64,000 bases of DNA, taken from NCBI RefSeq assembly GCF_021028975.2, contig NC_059427.1, positions 81,530,001 through 81,594,000 on the forward strand, in the 5' to 3' direction. This document shows positions 25,174-38,579 of this stretch, in pieces (position 1 is the stretch's first letter; every line of letters starts with the position of its first letter). Origin of the DNA: Sphaerodactylus townsendi (taxonomy: Eukaryota). The position numbers and the translations under genes were made by a program. The notes under the pieces are model-generated. The model made no database searches, was not told the DNA's origin, and saw only the letters and a list, made by a program, of their open reading frames with translations.

Positions 25174-27813
25174 GCTGCTGCTGCACCCACTGCCTCTGCC
25201 GCTGCTGCACCCACAATTAGCATTGGGAATGCTAGACCCACAGTTAGCGCCGTGTACACATGTCGGGTGAGGGCAGCAGCTGCGCACCAGCAAAATCGCC
25301 TTTCCATCATGGTCAGTGTCCTGGGAAAGGCGAATCAGCCAGCGTGGCCAGCATTCCGCTCTCACAGCAGATTTAGCCCTCTGCCCTTGAATCGGACTCT
25401 TAAGCTACCATCATCCTGAGAACTTTACTCCCATGGTTGATTTGTCTACATAAACATCAGTCTGAAGAAAATGAGAAGACAGAGGAAACTGGAGACATTT
25501 TATTCCATTCTTTTATTTCTGTTTTTAAATTTGAAATGTTTTACCCAGTCATTCCCCAAACTTAATGTTCAGTATTTATGTTTACTTCTCACCCTGATGG
25601 AAAATGTCTCCATCTTTCCTCCGTATATCTCCTTCACCTGACTGTTGTTTAGAGCCCCTACTTTAATTTGCTCAGAATTTTCTGAACATGCCATCGTAAA
25701 GGTACCCATTTAGATATTCTGATGATGCCTTTTTGCAGCATTTAAATATCTTAATTTTTTTATCCATTCAGGAAGCATTAACCTTTTTTCCTTTTCACCT
25801 TCTCCTGCATGTCTCTTTGGAAGTAATTTTTCTCTTATCGTTTTAAGTTGTCCTTTGGGAATTAACTAGGGAAATCTGTGTCCCTTGACACTTCCTGTTG
25901 CTTGACAAGACCAATGTTCCATCAATAGCCCAGGAAATAACTGCTTAAGTGTTAATTTGTAAAATCTCCCCAATGGAAAGAGCTCATCTACTATAGAGAC
26001 AGACTTTAACCTGACATTAGTTAATTGAAAATTTGCTCACTGGGAATAATACATGAGGGAATGGCAAGAATATGTCGGTCTCTGGGTGGTGAAAATTAAA
26101 AAGATAGAAATGCTGCAGACAAGAAAAGGCTTCTTGGATACATACATCATTTTGTTATTAACTACTTTGTTTCTTCAGCATAAGGAATTAAAGTTTTATA
26201 GTGCATCTAAATTTGAGTCTTACCATTATGAGCGGAGCTTTGTCTGGTAAACCTTTTGGGGAGATTCAGTTCATGGGGTATGTTTCTAGATCCCTGAGAT
26301 TAGAGTCGAGGAACAGAGCAGAAGAGAGCCATCCTAATCTTTTAATGGTCTGGTTGTCTTGTAGCATCCCAGTGAATATACATGAAGAAAGGTTTCCTAT
26401 GTGGCTTATTTAAAACCTAGCAGCTATCTTTTAAAGGCAGGTGACAGTAACACGAGGAGCTAATTTAGCATGTTTATTCATTCCTTGGCTGAGGAGAAGG
26501 CCAGAAGGCTGTTAATTTTTTTCTGTTTAATTGAGGTACAACCTGTACAGTCTGCCAAAAAGATCACTTCACATCCACAATTTAATGTGTGTTCAGCCTT
26601 GCAGAAACAATAATCCTTCTGGTAAACAGGGCTCAAAGCTTTGTATTATAGTAATTAAGGGGCCAATAACACATTATGGGCAAACACATGTAACCAAACC
26701 CCCGCGCTATTTATTGTTTGTAGTGGGGGCTAGAAAAGCAGTTTGTGTGGGGCAGATTTTGAGTATAGAAATAGAAGAAGCAGGAGCTTAATATTACTTC
26801 CACTTGCTGTTTTTCTGTTACAAAGCCTCACCATAAAAAAGTTCAAAATGTATGTTTTTTTAACTGTGAGGAAGAGGGAAGCTATTAGGGGAAGACTTGG
26901 ACTATAGAAATGACAAGCCGGGGAACACTAAAACACACGTGTCATTCAAAATCCCCTTTTGTCTGGTTGTTGTTGTTGTTGTTTATTTGAAGCGGGGAAA
27001 ATGCTCATAAGGTTCTGTTATCTACATTTGTTCACCATTTGTATTTATCAAGACAATGTAGATTTTGATTATATGAAACTGGCTTTGGAGCCATACCTAC
27101 ACTACAGTAAGCAACATGGCTCTGCGTACGCAATTTGTTCTTATTTTTTTTCTATGTGTAGAGAGGTGTATATATTTTTCTAAGTTCAACAGAGAGAACT
27201 ATGTGTGGAATAAGCGATACCATATTCATTGTGGGGCAGCTTTTGAAGATAATTTAGAAACTAGAGTTGGTTGCTGTCTTCTTCCAGTTATAGAAATTTT
27301 ATCTCACTGGCGTTTTAACAATGACTTCCTGTATATTTCCAGACATAATGCAAAGTGCTGGTTGTCATCTTTAAAATCTTACCAGGATATTTAACGGATC
27401 CACATATTCCATATGTTCCTGCCTACCCTTTAAGATAATAATATGAGGCCCAATCTACAAATCTTGATTTATTAGACATTGGGAGGGGGGCCGACTATTT
27501 TCCAAATATTTGGGCCCCTGATTCATGTTGGATTGTGCTGCAAGGGGAGAGTCTTCAGTCTCCTCCCTGCATTGTTTTTCCAACCAGGAACATCTCTAGG
27601 GAGCTGCTTCACCTCTAGGGAGGTCTGCATGTATAGCCTGTTGATACACACCAAGCTCCCCTTGAGGCAATTTCAGATTGAGAAAATGGTATTTGGGAGA
27701 GGGGGAAGACTGACACTCCTTCCCCTCCCACACCACAGCCCCAATCTGAACTGGGGTTCTGGGTATTTAGAAAACAGTTCCCTATTCCTATCAGTATCAA
27801 AGTTAGACTAGTG

Positions 27814-28328
27814 CAGGATTCCCCAACGTGGTGCCCTGGTGCCCATTAGTCAGAGGCGTAGCAAGGGGGGCAAGCACCCAGTGCACCGGTGCATCCTCCA
27901 CCCTCATCCCACACTGGAATGCCTCCGCCACATCCCCAGAATGCCCCCGGAATGCCCTCGCCCAGTGCGTCGCGCACCCCCGCTTGGAGCTATGCCTCTG
28001 CCATTAGTACTTCCCTTAGTTCCCACCAGTCTTTTCAGAAACTGGTAGGGACATTGAAAGGCAGAGTTGGTTACTGACTGCCTTCATTCAAATTAGAGAG
28101 TTTTCCACTGGAGGATCAGGAAAACTGCTACATATCTGGGCAAAGGCCAGGTTGTTCCACTGCCCCTTCAGGAGGTATGAGGAGGAGGAAGGTATTCCAT
28201 TGGGCTCCACCTCCTATAGAAGCTATTTGGGGTTTGGCACCACCTCCTGTAGAAGCCAAGGGGGGGCTTACTACCCCCTCTCAAAATTCCAAATGTGCCC
28301 ACGAGCTCAAAAAGGTTGGAGACCCATG
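27814..28328. mobile_element. hAT-like MITE (host of a nested insertion)
   Basis: caggattccccaacgtggtgccc...aaaggttggagacccatg termini. A related copy lies at ~59240-59590. Confidence 0.55.
27851..28000. mobile_element. 150-bp hAT MITE with perfect 8-bp TSD (CCATTAGT)
   Basis: TIR CAGAGGCGTAGC / GCTATGCCTCTG. ccattagt occurs at 27843-27850 and 28001-28008. Confidence 0.88.
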
Positions 28329-29190
28329 CATGAAGTGAACCCTACATAGTACACAATATAAACTGTACACCTGGAATTACATTCCTTCTTTTTTGAGGGT
28401 GACATAACCAGCCTTCTAGTTGTAGTCTCCTAGATTTGAAGTGCCCTCACCTTGTATGTTTGACTCTTAAAGGATTTGATGTTTTTGCAATGTTAGGTAA
28501 AAGCGTATTTATTTTCATAGGCTTTAAGATAAGATCCCCCCCCCAATAAAAAGTTTAACTTTTGTTAGATTACTCACATTCAATGTTACAATTACTTCAA
28601 ATTATTATTTTTACAAAGCCTAACACTTTGCTTTAACATCTTGTTCTTTATTAAGTTTCCACTGGAAACCTAGCTTATCCGATTCTAATCTTAATTCTAA
28701 TGTCATTAGGTAGTTATCTTCACAGGGGGATCTCTCAACTGTAAATCTGTTGATTAAAGAACTAGGGGACATCAGAAAAAATCAGCTCTAGAGAAACTGT
28801 GATGTCTTGAGAAAAAGGTATAGATTACTTTTGTAGGAAATTATTGTTACCATATATGTCATAATATTCATCCCCTTTTAAAAATGTTCACATAATGCTA
28901 TGGCTGTTGTAGATTGGTTCAAATATCTAATTTATTATTAATCAACCTGCTACAATATTTTCCCCGAAGACTTTATCTCAGTGTAATTTCTATTTAGTAA
29001 AGACCTAAAAACCCTATTCTTGATTTACATTAGGCACATATATATTAAATATTTTTGCTTTCCACTCAATAAGCCATGTAGATATATATTCCTGTTAATT
29101 TTTATTACTTTTAGTATATAACAGAAAAGTACCATATAGATATTTAAACATATACAAATACTTTATCTACACTAAAATCTATGACATGCA

Positions 29191-29265
29191 TCTGAAGATG
29201 CCAGCCATATATGTGAGCAAAATATTAGGAGCAAAAACTACCAGACTGCCAAACATTCACAACAA
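29191..29265 (+). mobile_element. Penelope-like element terminal fragment
   Basis: tctgaagatgccagcca...aaa.attaggagcaaaaactaccagac matches the lizard Penelope-type tail (recall). A second copy lies at 55886-55976. Confidence 0.6.
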
Positions 29266-29659
29266 TAAATTGCTGTAGCTCTTTTTCAGGAGGCAAAAGT
29301 GCTCCTTCAGTATTCATAGTTTTGTCAAATACAGCAAGTACAAAGATCTTTTGAGTTGGTGAGTGACCTGAGCTGGAACTGAGCCCCTAGTTGTCCATAA
29401 ATCTTATGTCCTTATTTTAAAAAAGAAGAAAAAAACCTCTCATATTTCCATTCACCAACACAGAAATCCTCTTGTTCAAAATCCCAAATTCATTGAATTA
29501 TATTGTCCAATCATGAAAGGTATTATAAAGACAATAAACATTGTATGAATTGACCCTTTAGTAATTAAAACTAAAATTACACAAATCTTGCACTTTTGCA
29601 CATTGACCACAGAATTACTGTTATTTCCCTTGAAGTGCAGAAATATTGCACTAACACCG

Positions 29660-31850
29660 CTACCCCAGGTTGGCATGGTAGGGTCTTTTTTATATTAAAA
29701 AAGGTAAGAAAGAAGACCCTCAAATTACAGGCCCATCAGCTTGCTGAGTATTATCAGTAAGCTCTATGCCAAGCATTACTTGAAAAACTTGAAAATTGGA
29801 CAGAGCAGGAGGGCATATTAATGAAGGAGCAGGCAAGCTTTAGGTCAGTGCTAGACCATTTCCTGATCCTACAGTACCTCATCGAGAAATATATGTCTAA
29901 GTGCCTTCACCGTATGCTGTCTTGGTTGATTTAAAGACCCCATTTGCCTTAATTTCAAGACCCAGACTGTGGAACAAATGAGAAGAGATCACCACTTTTA
30001 CTCATCCTAGCACTCTATGATCAAACAGCCCTAAGAATTCACTGTCGTAGACAAAGTCACCCTACTGAGCCAATTAAAGCCTTTCAAGGTGTCAGGCAGG
30101 AATGTCTATTAGCTCCCCTGTTGTTTATCTTTTATATAAATAACCTGGTAACTTGCCTTAATGACCATGAGTTCCACTCCACAAAACTTGATCACTGGCA
30201 TATGTCAATTCTATTATATGCAGATGATGTAGTCATCCTTTCAAGGCCCCTAATAGGACTGAAAAGAGCTCTATTCAGGCTAGCCTTATACTGTGAAAAG
30301 TAACATCTGACCGTCAATTATCAAAAAACCGAAGTGCTGGCCTTTGGAAATAAGTGAAAATCCAGAGTCTGGAAATTGAACAGAAATAGGCTGGAACAAG
30401 CGAACAGCTTTAAATATTTGGGGGTAGTTCTTTAACCCTCCAGCTCAAATATAGTCCACAGTAGCCACATGGAACTGAGAGATAGATCAGCCTTTAACAT
30501 AATTAAATTTCTTCTATCCAAAGGAGGGCACTTTACTCCAGCAGCCCTCAAATTGCTTACGGCGAAGATGCTGGCATAAATACTACATGGATCTCATCTT
30601 GGACTTCTTTCCTCACATTTTACTGTGCTAAAGAAAATTCAGTCTAAGTTTTTAAGAGGGACCTCGTAAATTGCTATCTGCATACCAAACTCTGTGACTT
30701 GAGATGGGTATGATGAAGGTGGAGGCCAGGGTAAGTTTATCATCAATTTACATGTGACTGAAGGCCAGCTTAAAATCTCAGGGCCTGTTTCCCCTGATTA
30801 TTCAGGACAAATTCCAATCCAAATGACTCAAAGCAGGAGGCCAGCTGTGGCACCACAGTTGCACCTCCCCACCGCTCCCATAGAAGCTTCCTAACATTGT
30901 GGGAAGCTTGCAAAGCGAAAAAGCCTCCCTGCCACCAAGAAGCCTCAATAGACTTACACTATTTGGTGGTGCTTAAGTTTAAAGTACTGGCATAAGGCAG
31001 CAAATGGCTGAGAGGGAGCCAACTTATGTCTCTCCCGGCCATGCCCTGGCCCACCCCTGCTATGCTGGCAGCAGTGGCAGGAGTGCTGGGATGCTGGTGT
31101 GGTGTTCAAATGGCGGGGAAGGCTGTAGTAGGTGAACACCGGCAGATTCATCCCTCCTCCAGGGCAAGTACTTCCCCTTTTGGATGGGGCCATATGTCTG
31201 TTTGATTTATTAAATTTCTGTCCATACCCCCTTCTGCAATTGCATTTGGAGCAAGCAAAACAGCTCGTCAGACAAAGATTAGAAGACACAAAATGTCAAA
31301 TGGACACCCTAAGAACACCTGATTTTAAGTTCTTAGCTGAAGCCAGGTACATTCTTGCCCCGCCAAGAATCATCACTGGAAATCAGCAACTACAGAAGGC
31401 AGGCCAGAGCAAGGGGGAACTGCTCTCGGGGCACACGTGCGCCCTGAGCCCCTGCCCTGCCCTGGAATGCCCCCTCTCCGGTGTGTGCCTGGTGCATCAC
31501 ATGCCTCCCCCGTCCCCTTGGCGCTACACCACTGACAGAAGGGCATTCACCCTGGCTAGATGCTCAGCATTCCCCTCAACAATTTTAGAAGGCAAATTCA
31601 AGAAAATCTCCACTGTAGAAAGATTATGTCCATTCTAAACAGGGGAACTGGAACTGAAGAGGCATGTGTTCTTCAGTTGCATACATTTTAACAAGGCACA
31701 ATCAAAGTTTATCCAATTCTTGAAAAGTTCCCAAGCCAGTCAGAGAAAGCAAGGTGTGACTGGCGTCTTTCTGATTAGAACTCCCAATTCTCAAGCTAAG
31801 TTGCAAAGTTCTGCCTACTAGTTGGTAAGGCCCACAGTTTGCAAGTCTCA
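29660..31850 (+). mobile_element. Degenerate non-LTR retrotransposon ORF2 (RT plus C-terminal Cys/His motif), RTE-X-like, with internal MITE insertions
   Basis: KKGKKEDP..YRPISLLS, GVRQ.CLLAPLLF, LLYADDVV, SFKYLG and RRAFTLARC...ERLCP motifs, with frameshifts and stops. Confidence 0.8.
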
Positions 31851-33370
31851 CCATCTGGGTTTTATTGATTTATTGTATGGTTTTATGCTTAAACTGTAAC
31901 ATGATATTTTCTTATTTTATGTTTTAAATTGTAATTTTGAAATTTGTAAGCCATGTGTGAGGACAAGAGCAGCATAGAACTATAAATAAACCAATATTGA
32001 AACCCTGTTTTTAAGTGTTTTAATATTCTTTGTGTGTTTTTTAAATTCTCCAATGCTAATAGCCTTGGTGTCTGAGGGTATAGCTTGTTTAGTATGTTAT
32101 TTTTGTTTACTGGTTAAAGACTGTAACAATAAATTAAACTAAAATCCTCCAGGCCACAAAAATACAGTGCTTTTACTCCAACACTGGCCGTTTCTGCACG
32201 GGCCAAAAAAGCTGGTAAAAGGACAGTAAAAACAGTGTTATAGGCGGGCAGTTCACTTGGCCATTGCTGCAGAAATGACACTGGTTAAGGAACAACCAAA
32301 TAGATTTATATCATTGTAATATAAAATTTGTAATAGTATATTACTACATATCATTGTAATCCCAATAATACTTATTGGGACTCCATCCAAGCGTATGTCA
32401 GCATTCTCCTACATCTTATCTTGCATTCACTGGTCTCCTTGCCTCTTTGTTAGTTTCCTTTGTCAATGCATGCCCTTAAATATATATATATATTTAGTAT
32501 AGGCTTACCAAGCATCAAAGTTTGCTATCTGTCAGCAGTATAAAGGCTTGCCTGATTCTCACAAGCAGCAGGAAGGCAATAGATAACACCAGTGGGCAGG
32601 AAAGCACAGTGACACATCTGAAGGTTGTTTCTATGTGAAGATTCTGCCCACCACAGTGAAGTGCTTATTTGCACCTAATAGTAAGGTTGGTCCTGGAGTT
32701 GAATCTCTGTAGGTAATCGCTACATACCAGTAAACTCTACAGTCCAGTAAACTGGTTTTTCCTCAAACCCCCTCCCCCCAATTGCAAACCAAATAATTAT
32801 TGTCATGTTCTCCCTCATTTCAGAGGAGTTTCTGACCCAGTTGTTGCTAGCAACTTTCCATCTCTTGTAGCCTCTGCTTCTTCCTGTCAGAATGCCTAGG
32901 ACTGTGTGTATTCTGTGCTAAAAACAATTCTGTGCTTGACATTCTAAACTTTGTACCAAAAGGACTGTATAAATTATACTTGTCCAAATGTGCACAGTGT
33001 CTCTTATTTTTATAATGTTTAGGGTTTTATTAATCATGAAGTGACAGTGGTTGAAAATCTTATTTAGCTATCCTTCTGGCATCTGAGATTTCACCTATTG
33101 CCTCACAGAATTTAAAACATATCTTCACAACCATGACTATGACCTGCCTTTTTAAAATGGAAGTTTAAATGTTTATGTGCTTGCTACTAGCCATCTGGTG
33201 CTTTTTCTGCACTCTGGAAGAATCAAGACATACACACAGCCCTGAGAATGTTCTTTCTCCCAAAAAATACATATTACCCATTCCATATTCCTCTAAGGAT
33301 TTATTTTTGCTTGCTGATTATTTTGTTTTGTTTGTTAAATATTTGACTGTATCCATTTTTAACTCAACAG

Positions 33371-33446
33371 TACGAAAACAGGAAATAATTAAGGTGACGG
33401 AGCAGCTGATCGAAGCAATAAGCAATGGGGATTTTGAGTCCTACAC
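33371..33446 (+). CDS. CAMK2A: CaMKII alpha association (hub) domain exon ((V)[24 protein letters not shown](T))
   Basis: caacag| acceptor and AC|gtgagt donor, 76 nt, phase 1/2. Confidence 0.97.
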
Positions 33447-34751
33447 GTGAGTGTTTCCAGTAGGTGTTTGGCTTTGAGGTGGGGAGGGCTGTGCTTCACA
33501 GCTGACCTGGTATATAGGGGATGAGTTAGCAGCAAAAATCTCCAAATTACTTCAGTTGTTGAAGCAGCATGGTGATGCTGTCCAGTTCTGAAATGATACA
33601 TTGCTCTGAAGGTAAGCAAATGAATGATGCTCATTTCTGGTCTTACAGAGAACAGTTAAGAATGAACTTCAAGAACATCTGTTTTCCTTTTAGGCGCCTC
33701 CTAAATGAATATGTCATTACCATCTCCTATCATAACTATAATAGATGAATTTCTTTTGCAGGCTGCCAAGGATAAATCATTCCTATTATTGCTGAGCAAG
33801 CATGGGTCTGAATTGCTGGCTGAGAGAACAAACAGCATGAATTTATTAATGAAGAACATAGCCTTCTGATCTTGTTTTTGTTCTGCCCACAAAAAGGCTT
33901 TTAGAACATATGCACTCACAGAGAGACTGCAATTTTAGCTTTGGTGATAACAAGCTAACATGGTAGAGCAAAAGAATTTTGTAAACAAGAGAAGCAGATA
34001 TCATTGAAAGTTGAGAGGACAGCACTGGAATAGTTGGTTTGTTCTACTAATCTTCCAAAGTTTAATAAGAGCTTGGGAAAAAGTCTTCCATCACTTACTG
34101 AAGAGTATTTACACTGGGCTAATTATAAGAAAAATGGCTGGCTTCTATGCTTTTTAAAAGGGACCTCATAAAATGAACTTCTGCTATCTGGAGCCTAAAT
34201 ATTGATTGCAGGTGTTGGTTTAGATGCGAGGCTTGTCAGTTTCCTGAAAACTCTGCTGTTTCCAGCACCAATGGCTGTTGTCTAACAACCTACTTTGCTA
34301 TCTTCTGATCTAGCATATTGGGAACTTCATAAAAGTAACTTGTACTAGCTAATAAGAGCTATATTAAACCTAGTTATTATAATTTTAATAGTTGTACTCT
34401 GGCAAAGGTGGTTCCTTGGCAGTGATCAACATAGAATAAACGAACCATTAAGGCACAAACAAACCATTAAGACACATATAAACCACAAGGAAATAAACTA
34501 TCAGTAGCATAGGATGCATAAAACAAACTACTGAATATTTATAAACCACAAAGATCTACCCCCATTTATTTGGCAACAAGGCCACATCAGCTAAAAGCCC
34601 ATTGGTCCAGCGGCTGGCAAAGAAGATATGCTCAAAAATTGTTGTGGAATTACTTTATCTGATTTGTGTTTTGGGGTACTTGCCTAGGGAAAGGTTGAAG
34701 TTCCTGACTCTTTGCCCTCCCCAAACAAGGCCTGAACCTTTGGACAGTAGG

Positions 34752-35021
34752 AGAAGAGTTTGGATTTATACCCCATCTTTCTCTCCTGTAAGGAGTCTCA
34801 AAGGAGCTTACTAACTCCTTTCCCTTCCTCTCCCCACAACAGACACTTTGTGAGGTAGGTGGGGCTGAGCCCAAGGTCACCCAGCTGCCAACATGTGTAG
34901 GAGCAGGGAAACAAATCCAGTTCACCAGATAAGAGTTCACTTCTCATGTGGAAGAGTGAGGAATTAAACCTGGTTCTCCAGATTAGAGTCTACAACTCTT
35001 AACCACTATATCATGCTGGCT
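34752..35021 (-). mobile_element. tRNA-derived squamate SINE (Squam3/MIR-like)
   Basis: Close paralogue of 3181-3477. Confidence 0.75.
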
Positions 35022-35244
35022 TGAGAAAGTAATCTGGATTGCCTCTGCCAAATAACCTGTGGGGGCATGTGGATGGTGTGATCAGAGTGGCTATGGTGAG
35101 AAGGGAACATGGCCATCCCATAGGGAGGATGTTGTATTTACATAGTCCCCTCCCTTGCAACATTCTGACTACCAGGGCCTGAGGGTTAGGTTTGGACTGT
35201 AAGACACGTTACAGCATAACAGGTCACTGTTTCTCCTGTAACTA

Positions 35245-35520
35245 CTAGCAAACTACATTCAGTTTTAAAAGTGATTCCTGGCCCCAGCTGCCAGGCAGAA
35301 ATATTGAAGTCCAGAAACAGCTCCTACTTGTGCAGCTATTCCAGATTCCTTTTGGAATAGGTGTTGCACTCTTTACATCAATATCTTTTTTTTGGTCTGA
35401 ATTAAGATTCAGTTTATTCATCCTCATCCAGTCCATCATTGACCTCAAGCACCTGTTTGGGGCATCGTCTCACCTGAAAACAGATTGATACTGATCAAGA
35501 TAATAAATACTATTCATCCA
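35245..35520 (-). mobile_element. L2 LINE RT fragment
   Basis: The reverse-strand peptide MDWMRMNKLNLN matches the L2/CR1 WM..NKL.LN motif. Confidence 0.55.
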
Positions 35521-36710
35521 GAAGTCCATATAGTCATGACACTACTACCTGATTCACTAACTTGTTTAATAATGGTATATTAGGAGCAGGATAGTAAATA
35601 TTTAGGTCCTGGGAAGATCTAGGATGCTTTAAAAATTGTTAAAAATTGGATGCTTTTAAAAAATTGTTAAAAATGGTTTTACATGTGCTTCACTCAAGGG
35701 TGGAGGAACTCATTCAAACTGGTGTATACTTCCATTTAGCTCTCTTGTGGAGGTTTTTTTTTTTTTGTTATAAACAAAGGCCCCTTCTGCCTAGCAAGTG
35801 TATAAGGGGTTGCAGCCTGGATAAAGGAACCAGTTTTCCTGTTTTCACATTCACATGCATCTGTGCAGGCAGCAAATGGAGCCCACAGACACAGTCCAGA
35901 TTGCCATCACACCTTTGCATGGAGATGTGTCTATTTTTTAAAATTTACTTCCCACCTATGTGTAGCTACTGAGGCATGCACAAATGAACTCTCACAGCCA
36001 TTCTGATGTCTCATGATACGAATGTCTGCACCTGCATAGCTACACAGATATAAGCTGCAAATTTTTTAAAGGAAAAGGAGGCAAATAAAGTGCCTCCTGC
36101 CCGGCCATTCACTTGTGAGTGGCTGCAACCTGGGAATTTTGAAAAGACTCGCTAGTAGCGCGATTCTCAAAAAACCCAGTTTCAGGGAAATAATGTGAGG
36201 CAGACTAGTTTTAGGGGCGGGATTTGTGCCAAAACCCCAAAACAGTTTTTTCCCATCCTACACCCATGTTTATTGGCCCGTTTGGACAGGCCAAAGAGAA
36301 CAAATAGTTTGCATTCACTCCTTGTTTTCCAAGCTTCACTTGCTTTGGGTATTCAGAAACTCCTTCCTTATCTATCAGTTGCTCAGTTTCTCATATGGGC
36401 ACAGAGACAAACATATTACATATTACCATTAGATTTAGTAATAAAGGCAGAAACAAAACACTTAAACTAATATTAAGATGGAACATTAAGGTTCAGAGTG
36501 ATCGTTGCCTGTGATATTAAATGTCTCACTATGCAACTTTCCTTTGGCTCCCCTACAGTATTTTGAGGCTACTATGGGGCCAAATATACAAAGATAGAAC
36601 CATGTATACTCTTTTGACCTCCTGGGGAAGAATGGCAGGATACAAATGTATTATATACATAGATGAATGTTGGCTAGCCTATCCTGAACTGCAGGAAACA
36701 CTACAAATGC

Positions 36711-37834
36711 CAGGGGCGAATCTAGGCAAACTGGAGCCCGGGGACAAAATCTGAGTTTGGTGCCCCCCCACCCCAGGTATGGACGACCACCCTCCCCCAC
36801 AATGACAAAACAATGATTTTTTTGCACCAGCTCACAAAACACCTCCCACCACCAGCAAAACATACATGGCTTTCTCCCCACCAACTCTCTTTCCTAATTG
36901 TGTCCTCACACCAACCCTATGAGGTAGGTTGTTAGCCTGAGAAACAGCTCCAAGCCAGTGCAAGGGGAATTAACTTTTAAGCATGTAAATCTCTCACAAA
37001 TCACCCCCCATCTGAAGGTTTACCAGGCAAACATCAGCATCATCTCTCACAAATCACCTCCTACCCCCAGCAAAACATACATGGCTCCCTCCCCACCACT
37101 TTCCTAATTGTGTCCTCACACCAATCCTGTGAGGTAGGCTGCTAGCCTGAGAAACAGCTCCAAGCCAGTGCAAGGGGAATTAACTTTTAAGCATGTAAAT
37201 CTCTCACAAATCACTATCTGAGAAGTTTACCAATGTGCTTACATCGGCATCATCTCTCACAAATCACCTCCTACCCCAACCAAAGCAGCCATGGCTCCCT
37301 CCCCACCACTTTCCTAATTGTGTCCTCACACCAATCCTGTGAGGTAGGCTGTTAGCCTGAGAAACAGCTCCAAGCCAGTGCAAGGGGAATTAACTTTTAA
37401 GCATGTAAATCTGAAGGTTTACCAAGCAAACGTCAGCATCATCTTCAGTTCTGCTGCTGCTTCTGGGCTCCCTGCTCAGCTGGCCTTTTCCTGTGCCTTC
37501 CGGCGCCAGGCTGCCAGGGAGAAGGCTTCTGAGTAAAGCCACACTTAAGGCGAATAAGGCATGCTGGGTTAGAGGGAGGGGAGGCGGGGCTCCCCAGTCC
37601 TGCTCCTGGGAGCCCAGTGGGACTTCTCCCCCGCCCCCTGGACACTCCAGGCCACCGTACAGAGTGGGCGGGGCTACGACAGGCACTGGGAGCAGTCGCT
37701 GCTTCAGTGCCTGCTTTCTAAGGCTTTTCTCAATCCCTCGCTCTGTAGGGGGATGTTTTGGCGCCCCCGCATGACCCCAATCGATGCGCCCAGGGACAAG
37801 GAGTACCCCATGTCCCTAGGCAGGAACGTCAGTG
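36711..37834. mobile_element. 1.1-kb non-autonomous hAT-like element with perfect 8-bp TSD (ACAAATGC) and an internal tandem array
   Basis: acaaatgc at 36703-36710 and 37835-37842. Imperfect CA..G.CG termini. Confidence 0.75.
36831..37445 (+). repeat. Tandem repeat of ~210-bp units (~3 copies)
   Basis: Units start at ~36831, ~37046 and ~37256 and share gagaaacagctccaagccagtgcaaggggaattaacttttaagcatgtaaat exactly. Confidence 0.92.
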
Positions 37835-37869
37835 ACAAATGCTTTTTATCAAACTGCCATAAAAGTAAG

Positions 37870-38103
37870 GCAGCCAGCATGTTGTAGTTGTTAAGAGTAT
37901 CAGACTAGAATTTGGGAGACCCGGGATCAAATTCCCACCTTCCGTGGAAGCTTGCTGAGTGATCTTGAGCCAGTCTCACACTCAGCCTAACCTACCCCAT
38001 AGGGCTATTGTGAAGATAAAATGGAGAAGAAAACAATGTAAAGCACTTTGGGTCCCCACTGGGGAGAAAGACAGGGTATAAATAAAGTAAGTAAATAAAT
38101 AAT
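37870..38103 (+). mobile_element. tRNA-derived SINE (MIR/Squam-like), apparently full length
   Basis: A-box-like and B-box-like head (tgtagttgttaagag...gggatcaaattccc) and a (TAAA)n tail. Confidence 0.75.
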
Positions 38104-38261
38104 CTTTAGTGCGGCCCAAGAGGGCAGGAATTTGTTGCTTTCAGGGGGGGGGGGTGCAGGCCAGATAGATGTCAGGGCTTTTTTAAAACAACAACATTAA
38201 GACAAAAAGATGAGTTAGCTTTTCTTCAAATGTTGGGCTGAACCAGTTTTGCTGAAGATAA

Positions 38262-38579
<318 letters not shown>

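Noticed and set aside
25045-25419. ORFs with poly-(CV) or poly-(TH) tracts
   Set aside because: They are translations of the (GT)30 microsatellite.
31132-31638. 168-aa ORF
   Set aside because: A chimera of a LINE ORF2 remnant and inserted MITE sequence.
35622-35675. Short local tandem duplications (also 62975-63030) and homopolymer runs (279-291, 10213-10226)
   Set aside because: Ordinary slippage products or possible assembly artefacts with no functional signal.
36831-37445. CRISPR-like repeat/spacer array
   Set aside because: Eukaryotic DNA with ~210-bp units homologous along their whole length and no unique spacers.
37870-37945. tRNA gene
   Set aside because: It is the tRNA-derived head of a SINE, with no intact cloverleaf, and it continues into a SINE body and tail.
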